From Blepharisma stoltei ATCC 30299 (Eukaryota > Protista > Ciliophora), in assembly GCA_965603825.1 (NCBI GenBank), contig CBFDEM010000039.1, positions 1 through 64,000 on the forward strand: a stretch of 64,000 bases of DNA, in the 5' to 3' direction. Shown piece after piece: positions 56,387-64,000 of the stretch; position 1 is the stretch's first letter; every line of letters begins with the position of its first letter. The position numbers were made by a program, and so were the translations under genes. The notes under the pieces are model-generated. The model was not told the DNA's origin. It was given only the letters and a program-made list of their open reading frames with translations, and did no database searches.

Positions 56387-58270
56387 TTAAAACGAAATAT
56401 TACTTATAAGTTTTTCCAGTCTATCCATAAACCCATTCAGCGCTTGCATATCTTGTGTTCCGCTTTTTCTGAAAAATTCGATTTCTTGTCTAAGCCTTGT
56501 TTTCCAATTACTTATTTTTTCTTGAGAAATCATGACCCTTTTTTTCAGTCTTTCTTCAAATTTGTCTTTAAGCTGGGTAATTTCTTCATCCCTTCGCTGA
56601 AGCAGCTGATTAAAATATGCAGCTTCTTCAGTCATTCTTTGATTAAGCTGGTCGTTTTCTTCTTGCAGACGAAGATTGCTGATAGTTGATTTATTGGACA
56701 ATTCTAAATCGTTTTCTTTATGTCTGACAAGTTCTGCGTTAATTTTTTTGCGCTCGATTATAGATTGGTCAAGAGTTATGCTCAAATCATTTACTTTGCC
56801 TTCTAGCTCATATATGACGTCTTGGAGCTTTTTACGGTCTTGATTTAAGACGTCAAGCTCTTCTTCTTTTATGGAGAGTAGTTTAATATAGTGGTCTTTT
56901 GACCTTTGGGCTTCAATTCGGAAGCTTTCCATGTCAAATTCTCGTGTGAGGGTGTCTTTTTCAAGCATTTTTTCATGGTCGTGCTTTATTTCTTCGATTT
57001 GTTTGAGGTAGTCTTGCTCCTTTTGGAAAAGCTCAGACCTTAAAGTTTCCTTTAAAATTTCTACAGAATCATATAGGCTATTAAGCTCCCTTTCTGAGTT
57101 TTCCTCAATTATCTTTATTTGCTCATCAAGTCTGAATAAAATTTTTGATTTTTCATTTATCGACTCTTCTTTCTCTTTAAGTTTTGACTTTAAATTTGAA
57201 TTTTTTTCAGAAATTTCTTTAAAATTGTTTTGTAAGGCTGCTTGGGCTTCCATAATCATATTTGATTCTTGTTTAGCGAAGCTTATATCTGCTTCCATTT
57301 TCGCAATCAAATGTTCCTTTGCAAGAATTTCTTTATTCAGCTTAGAAATCTGCTTCTCTGTTTGCTGCTTTGTTTTTTCCAGCTCAAACACAAGCTCAGT
57401 CTCTTTTTCTTTTGTGATTAAAAATTTATTTTCGTACTCTTCTCTTTGAATTGCAAGATTTTTTTTTAATTCCTCAATTTTTATATTTATTTCGATATTT
57501 TCTTTTTCAAGCCTGCTGCATTTTTGTTTTTCGTTTTCAAGTTTATCAATTATTTCCTGCATTTTTTGGGCTGAAATTTGGCTGCTTTTTTCAAGATAAG
57601 TAGAGTGCTCATGGACTTGCATGTTTGCCCTTCTGATTTTTTCATAGGCTTGCTCTTTTTCAATCCTAAGCTCTGAAGCTGTTTTTTTGAGTTCTTTATT
57701 TTCGTTTATAGCTTCAGTCCATAGTCCATTAAGTTCTTCATTTTGGTTTAGCAGTTCTTCGCATTTTGCAACATATTTTTCAACAGCTTGTTTTAAACTT
57801 TTATTTTCTTCAGAATAGCTCCTAAGTTTCCCTTCAACATTGGAGACTGCTTCATTTCATTCATCAATGGAATCTTGTTTATTTTTTAATTCTCCTCTGA
57901 GCTGGTCTATAAAGTTCTGCAGCTTTGAAAGCTCAAGCTGATTATGATGTGAAAAGGCTTTTTCCTTTTCCAAATTTATTTTACAGGCGTCAAGCTCTTC
58001 ATAAGCCTTTTGTTTTTTCTTTTGAAATGTGCCGAGTTCTTCTGTTTGGGATTGAATTTCGTATTTTAAAGTGTTTACTTGAAGATTCAGCTCGTCGATT
58101 TCTTCTTTGAGAAGACTGTTTTCTCGGAGAAGGTCTCGAGACTGCTTTTCTGCGTCAATTCTAAATTCTTTTTCTTGTTGAAGCTCTTGTTCAAGCGATT
58201 CTATTGTATCTTTGCATCTTAAAAGAAGAGTTTTCTTGCTTTCACTTGCAGATTCAAAATGGTTTTTCAT
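56387..58270 (-). CDS. Long coiled-coil protein (627 aa)
   Basis: Two track ORFs are in frame via TGA at 57857. E/K/L heptad-rich. Confidence 0.85.
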
Positions 58271-58487
58271 ATTTGAATTTTGATCTATTAGCGATTTTAT
58301 TTCTTAAAAATAAGCTTTATAATGCCTCATTTTCTTAAATAATTATTTACTTTAATTATGGTATTATAAGACTTTTATTAATTTTTGCTATATGAGACCA
58401 TATTAAAAATATCGGCTAAAATATGAAGTTTCTGGAATCAATTTTTAGCCTTAATTGAATATTAACTTATTGTTTTATAAATAAAAG

Positions 58488-59363
58488 ATGGTCGTGGAAT
58501 ATTTGATGCCAGTTCTAGCATCAATGCTATTTTATTGTGGCGTCAATATTGCTCTTCAATATGTTGTTGTTCCACCACCAAAACTTACTGACAGCCAAAA
58601 GAAAAATTACATTGGAGAGCATATATCTCTTATCCATTCTATTTTTGCATCAATTCTAGCACTTAGCGTTTATATTAGTGAAAACGGAATTAACTATGAT
58701 ACACCAACAAATGCATCACAAATAATAGTCCTTGGACACTCTATGGGCTATTTTACGTACGATGCAATATACGCAGAGCTTTTCGGCCTTCACGACTGGG
58801 CAATGAGATTCCATCATATTTTTGTAATTTTTGGCGGCTTTCCTGCCTACTTGGCAAGCAATGGAGGCAGCCTAGGAGTTAGTAACATTTAAGCAGCTTG
58901 TTTAGTGATTACCGAACTTTCAAACCCTACAATGCAGCTTAGACTCATCTTAAAAGACCAAGGAAATACTGATAGTCTTCTATATAAAATATCTCAATTC
59001 TCATTTGCAGCAATTTTTCTTTTCAATCGGTAAGACTAACGTAGAGGCGTTATTGGGACGTTTTTAGACTATAATTCTTGGCAATACAACGTAAATATAA
59101 TGCTTGCTATTAGTGTCTCTATGCTTTATGGAGTCAGCTGTTTCTGGAACTACATTATTATCTTGATGATCCTTAAAGAACTCAAAGGAAAAGGCACTAC
59201 TCTTAAAGAAAGACTAATTAGCAAGTCTGTCCATATCCTGAAAAAATCTCAAACAGTTATAGTCGCCCTCATTTTTATTTGGGCTGTCTTTATGCCTCAC
59301 ATTTTGAAGCATTTTGGGTTTACTGCATATCACCTCAAGTATGGGAACTTCACAATAATTTAG
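58488..59363 (+). CDS. TLC (TRAM/LAG1/CLN8) domain membrane protein, TMEM136-like (281 aa; introns 58882-58896, 59030-59044)
   Basis: SLIHS, SMGYFTYD, RFHH, ELSNP and FLFNR motifs are restored by removing two 15-nt introns. Confidence 0.9.
58882..58896 (+). other. 15-nt intron GTAACATTTAAGCAG
   Basis: Removes an in-frame TAA in the TLC gene. Confidence 0.9.
59030..59044 (+). other. 15-nt intron GTAAGACTAACGTAG
   Basis: Removes an in-frame TAA in the TLC gene. Confidence 0.9.
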
Positions 59364-59401
59364 CTTTTATTAACATTTGAATTAAATTTATTCGTACAAT
59401 T

Positions 59402-60211
59402 TTAGGCTTTTATCACTGCTTGGCCTTCAGGCAACATGTATTTCACTTGCTTGGAAAGTCCGTTTCTAGAAAGATCGAGTTCTTTCAAATTCACATTTGA
59501 TCGAATTGATCTTACTAAAACTCTTACACTTTCAAAGTCTATAGGGTTCCCAGCCAAACCAAGCCTTTTTAAGGTTTTAATTTGGCATAAGGTTTGTGAC
59601 AGCAATATCAATCCCCTAGAATAAATATTATTGCTGTTTAACCTTAATTCTTCAAGGCACCTCAAAGAAAGTAGCCCCTTGCACAAAGTCGCAATTCCTT
59701 CATCCCCAAAGCGATTATTGCTCAGATTGAGGACTTTTAACGATTTCATAGTCCGAAAAAAAAGCTTCGTTAAATATTTAATACCTTCATTACAAATGGC
59801 ATTTCCTTGGAGTTCTAAAACCTGCATCATAGGCATTAGTTCCAAGGAAGAATAAAGCCTCTTGATATCTTTTGAGGTAATTTCGGTGTTATTTAATTTC
59901 AGTTCTCGTAAATTCTGGAAATTTTGCAAAACAAATTGCAGATGGTAAATTTCACGAACGTTGAGGTTATGGTAGCTTAGGTCAATTGTGGTGACTTCAA
60001 GCTCCTCTTTGGCGAAAATGGCCTCAAAGAGACCTTTAAGTTTGCCATTCATTGTGGTTTCATTAGCGTAATATGCGAGAAGAAGCTTCCGATTTGGAGA
60101 CACTCCAGGAGTCTCAATTGACCTTTCTTGGGTGATGCAGGGAGCATCTAGTTTTGACGGTGAATCGAGTTTTGATAATTGTGATCGATGTCGTGTCGGA
60201 GAACAGCCCAT
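59402..60211 (-). CDS. RNI-like leucine-rich repeat protein with N-terminal MGC acylation motif
   Basis: Repeats LxxLxLxxNxI (LKVLNLSNNRFGDEG, LEELRLNSNNI); starts MGCS. Confidence 0.88.
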   Translation of the reverse strand: MGCSPTRHRSQLSKLDSPSKLDAPCITQERSIETPGVSPNRKLLLAYYANETTMNGKLKGLFEAIFAKEELEVTTIDLSYHNLNVREIYHLQFVLQNFQNLRELKLNNTEITSKDIKRLYSSLELMPMMQVLELQGNAICNEGIKYLTKLFFRTMKSLKVLNLSNNRFGDEGIATLCKGLLSLRCLEELRLNSNNIYSRGLILLSQTLCQIKTLKRLGLAGNPIDFESVRVLVRSIRSNVNLKELDLSRNGLSKQVKYMLPEGQAVIKA

Positions 60212-60904
60212 CACTTAATTATTTATTAATTCTAACATGCAGCATTTTCCACATGATTTCCGATCATAAGCAGAGTTGAAAAGGGTATTAAAAAACAAAA
60301 TTAGGATTAATTAGTTATAGGAGTAAGGATAAAAAGTATAAATAAGAATATATCTTTAAGGGCAGCTTAATTGATTATTAGCAGCTCATGATAAATGGTT
60401 TTATTTGACACAATTTTTCAACAATAATATTGAAACAGCCAACTAATCTAGATCATTTTAGACATAGCCAATAATTTTCCTAAATAACCTAAAAATTAAA
60501 TAAATTTTTATGTAAAACGTCTTTCCTATCTTAGCAAGAAGGAAAAAATTTCATTAATCATTTCAAGGAAGTTAAATTTTTCTAAGCAGTGTATGGGTAA
60601 ATTTATTATATTAATGATATCAGAAACTGTATTTCACTGGTTATTACATAAAATTAAAAAAAAATTTGGGCATATTAGTCGAGAATATCCCTATTGATTT
60701 TTATCAGATTTTTTTGAAATCCGAAATCTCATTTTTTTGTGAATAAGCTTTATTTATTTACCTACAGCAACCTTTAATTCTCTGCTAATTTATTTAATCC
60801 CAGCAGCTTCTATGTCATAAAAATCTGCTATAGTGTCCGCACTTTACTTTTTTTTATTATGATTATTAAATTTAATTTCATAACTTTTGCATCTGAATTT
60901 ATAT

Positions 60905-61642
60905 TTATTGATTATTAAGAGCTTCTAAGCGTTCAGGAAAACTTATATATTTTTGATATTCTTCTTCAAGAGTTCTTGAAAGCATCATTAAGAGGTTAGA
61001 TCTCTCTATCAGCTCAAGCTCACACTTCCCTCGATACTCTAAAAGCTGGCTTTTAATATCAGCTGTATTTCAAGCTAGTGAGCTTTGGTCCATAACCTTG
61101 CATAATCCATCAAGCTGCTTAGCCAACTCTAAATTTTCTTCATGTTTTGACTCAAGATCAGCCAATTTCCTTGTAATCTCAAATTCCTGAATTACGCTTG
61201 CACCTGATTTCTCGTCTTGTATACTATTAATAGTTTCTTGGATTTTATTTTTCAATTGTGCAGTAAAGGCTGGGACAAAAATAGAAGTCCCCGGTTTTTC
61301 CCACACCATCACGATTTTTCTAAATTCCTCAACAAATTGTTCACTTTTATATTCGATCATGGCTTGCAATATATCGTCAATTATAGCAGTGAACTCTTTT
61401 AAGTACTCTTCACTTCTGGTTTCTCGAGAACTTTTCATTAGAACGTCATTCATGACAAATAGCAATGCAAGCTTCTTTTTCTCTTCAGAAAAATTTCGAA
61501 ATTCACGAAGCCATACTGAAACTAGATGCTTAGCCGCTGTTGTTTGATGGGAAATCATCACTGATGAGATTTCAAAAATTTTATCTTTAGCGGTGGTCAG
61601 GCTGTGTAGTGACTCCAAAAATTGCGCTTCCGCGACTTCCAT
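60905..61642 (-). CDS. RNA Pol II CTD-interacting-domain (CID; RPRD1/Rtt103-like) protein, 245 aa
   Basis: LVSVW...KKLALLFVMNDVL...KIVMVWE. Read through TGA 61070 to TAA 60905. Confidence 0.82.
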
Positions 61643-61657
61643 TTATTAGAAATTAAA

Positions 61658-63586
61658 TTAATATTTCCTAGGAGACTTTGGTGTCACTTCTTGGACAAAC
61701 TCAGAATAGCTCACCCTTCCGTCCTTATTTTTATCATATCTCTGCATAAGAGCTTCTAAATCTTTTCTATTAACAAAAATATTGTGATCTTCTAAAATGT
61801 CCTTAAATTCATCAATCGTAATATACCCATTTCTATCCCTGTCGATAGCCTGAAAAGCTTCATGCATATTAAATTCAGGCCTTCTTGACAATCTTTGTCT
61901 CAAACTTTCTGCAACCCTTTCAGCATCTAAATGAAGCCTAAGGACATCAATAAACAAAGAAGTGGTGTCACGGGAAAACACTCGTCGACGCTGGGCAAAA
62001 CTTACGTTATAAGGCTGCCGATTCCGCAAAAGTCTTGAGTAGTCTTCTTGTTTAGGTGTAAACATTTCTGAAAAATCAGAAAAACGCAACTGGCCGTCTT
62101 GGAGAGAAGAATAGTGACGGATTAGGAGGTATACTTCGTCACGGAGGGCGATAGGGGCCATTTCTTGGATTGCGCTTTCTACGTCTAAAGTGGTGATGGC
62201 ACTTCTGTCATTTAAATCGAAAATTCTGAAGGCGTCGACAAGATTGAAGTCGGGCTTGAGGCTGAGCTCGATTTTTAGCTTGTCAAGATCTCTGTTAAGT
62301 CTGATTTGTTCTTGCAGCATGCTGACTAGCTCGTTTTCTTCATAAATGCTGAATTCTGAGTAGCTTAATTTACCGTTTCTGGATCGTGATTTATTTGGTG
62401 AGGAATAATCAGATTTTTTGGCCGAAGAATGACTTCTTCTTGAGCTGCTAAATGTTTTTTCTGGGCTTCTAATTGATGAATTTTTTTCAGGACTTTGGTA
62501 AAAAGACACACTTTTAGATGGAGATGATCTTAAAGGTGAAGAATTTCTCAATGGTGACCGAGACTGATATAAAGAATCAGTTCGGCTTGGAGATGATCTC
62601 CGCAATGGAGAAGAGTTTCTTAATGGTGATCTTGATTGATAACTGCTTTCAATTCTGCTAGGAGATGAGCTTCTTAAAGGTGAAAATCTTAATGGGGAGC
62701 TTCTTCTAGGTGACTGATAAGTAATTTCATTACGGCTAGGCGACGATCTTCTCAATGGAGAACTTGCCCTTGGCTCATAAAAACTTTTAGAAGGTGACGA
62801 TGTATAGGTGCTTCTCATTGGAGACTCCCTCAACGGTGAAGACCTTGATGGTGACCTCCTCAATGGTGAGCTTGCCCTTACTTCTGAAAATCCTGCAGAG
62901 CTCCTCAAGCTCCCCCTCACAGGTTTAGCAGGCAATAGCCCATCCACAAATTCGCTATAACTAATAATCCCATCCCCATCATTATCAATTCTCCTATAAA
63001 TTGCATCAATATCTTCATCTAGCACCATAAATTCATGCCTCCTCATAAAGCTAAACAGCTCAGCTCTCTCAAACCCTGAGCCTCTCCTTACATCAATAGC
63101 CCTATACGCATCAATTAAATTAAAATCATATCTTTCAGCCAAATTTTTCCTGGAATCCTCCATATCTCTTTGTACCTGAATTTCAGTCTCAAAAAGCCTC
63201 ATCAATAAATACTCCACGTCAGAAGAAACTCTTGGATAAGCTGGTCTTGCTTGTGTGAGGTCTCGTAAAAGCTGATTTGCGCTGGGGAGAGCAAGCTGGG
63301 TAAACTCACTTAAAGAAAGCCGCCCATCAGAATTGGCGTCATATTGTCTTATTAATAGCTGGCAGTCTTGTTCTGTGCAATAAACTCGGTTTCTTTCTAA
63401 AAAGCTTAAAACGTCAATAAGGGAGATGGAGCCTAGACCAGCTCGATCTAGGAATTTAAAGGCACTATATGGCTCAAATTCTCGGTTTTGGCACAGATTT
63501 TGCCGTGCAGCTTCAACTTGTTTTTCTCCCTGTGATAAAATGTAGAGCAGTTGGGCGAGTTTTCTCTCTGTTTCCAGACCTAACAT
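61658..63586 (-). CDS. Multi-EF-hand Ca2+-binding protein with central Ser/Pro/Arg repeat region
   Basis: EF loops DANSDGRLSLSE, DNDGDGIISYSE, DRDRNGYITIDE and DKNKDGRVSYSE. Likely start MLGLETERK at 63586. Confidence 0.9.
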   Translation of the reverse strand: MLGLETERKLAQLLYILSQGEKQVEAARQNLCQNREFEPYSAFKFLDRAGLGSISLIDVLSFLERNRVYCTEQDCQLLIRQYDANSDGRLSLSEFTQLALPSANQLLRDLTQARPAYPRVSSDVEYLLMRLFETEIQVQRDMEDSRKNLAERYDFNLIDAYRAIDVRRGSGFERAELFSFMRRHEFMVLDEDIDAIYRRIDNDGDGIISYSEFVDGLLPAKPVRGSLRSSAGFSEVRASSPLRRSPSRSSPLRESPMRSTYTSSPSKSFYEPRASSPLRRSSPSRNEITYQSPRRSSPLRFSPLRSSSPSRIESSYQSRSPLRNSSPLRRSSPSRTDSLYQSRSPLRNSSPLRSSPSKSVSFYQSPEKNSSIRSPEKTFSSSRRSHSSAKKSDYSSPNKSRSRNGKLSYSEFSIYEENELVSMLQEQIRLNRDLDKLKIELSLKPDFNLVDAFRIFDLNDRSAITTLDVESAIQEMAPIALRDEVYLLIRHYSSLQDGQLRFSDFSEMFTPKQEDYSRLLRNRQPYNVSFAQRRRVFSRDTTSLFIDVLRLHLDAERVAESLRQRLSRRPEFNMHEAFQAIDRDRNGYITIDEFKDILEDHNIFVNRKDLEALMQRYDKNKDGRVSYSEFVQEVTPKSPRKY

Positions 63587-64000
63587 TTGTAAATAATAAT
63601 TAACTGTTAACGGAATAAGAAAATATGGATACTTAAACATTAAATAGTTAGCCCTATAGTCCTTGTACTCTTGCTAGTACATTTCCACACCTTTTGCAAA
63701 TATGTAAAACTTCTTGATATTTATTAAGCAATTTTACATCTCCACAGCTTCGAATAGAACTGAAAAAATACTGGATAGATTTTCATACTCCTAGAGATTG
63801 CAATCGAAAAGTTATTTCTACTGGAGTTTCACTTGAGCAGATACTACAATACATCCTATTAATATTTCCCTGACAATTTTTTTGGATTTGCGATTTTATA
63901 TTTTTTTCAAATGTAAAATTTGGCGATTTTTGCTCAGTTGTTTCCGGCTCTATTATAAGCGTGCTTGCAAGGTGAGAGTTTAAGAGCGCGTTATTGGAGT

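Noticed and set aside
4272-61547. Numerous short antisense or alternate-frame ORFs in the track (e.g. 6796, 19916, 30957, 38930, 47311, 56354)
   Set aside because: They are shadows of real genes on the opposite strand or in another frame.
3992-61642. In-frame TGA as selenocysteine or widespread pseudogenisation
   Set aside because: TGAs align to Trp/TGG in paralogs and conserved motifs, not to Cys.

Overview
This is the telomere-bearing end of a heterotrich ciliate somatic (macronuclear-type) chromosome, most likely Blepharisma. Three lines of evidence support this: a ~3.0 kb (CCCTAACA)n telomere, UGA read as Trp with only UAA/UAG as stops, and 15-nt GTA...AG spliceosomal introns with an invariant A at position 10. 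The supplied ORF track uses the wrong code and ignores introns, so it fragments most genes; they are re-assembled here. The first ~30 kb is a subtelomeric mosaic. Its intact signalling genes are a NEK-like kinase-Kelch fusion, a multi-TM PAS protein, and a 2127-aa single-chain four-repeat cyclic-nucleotide-gated channel with four different degenerate filters. These are interleaved with broken copies: a TPR fragment, a truncated channel duplicate fused to a decayed PGM1-type ATP-grasp ligase relic, and two damaged WD40-TRP-like channel copies. From ~30 kb onward the window is dense with intact genes: GAS2-domain protein, GPI surface protein, two kinesins, uridine kinase, NAF-domain CIPK-like kinase, two ABCG transporters, CCR4/Angel-like, DHHC, zf-4CXXC_R1, VMA21, PP2C, cyclin, TLC, LRR, CID and EF-hand proteins. 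All family calls are by-eye motif recognition; no database search was run.
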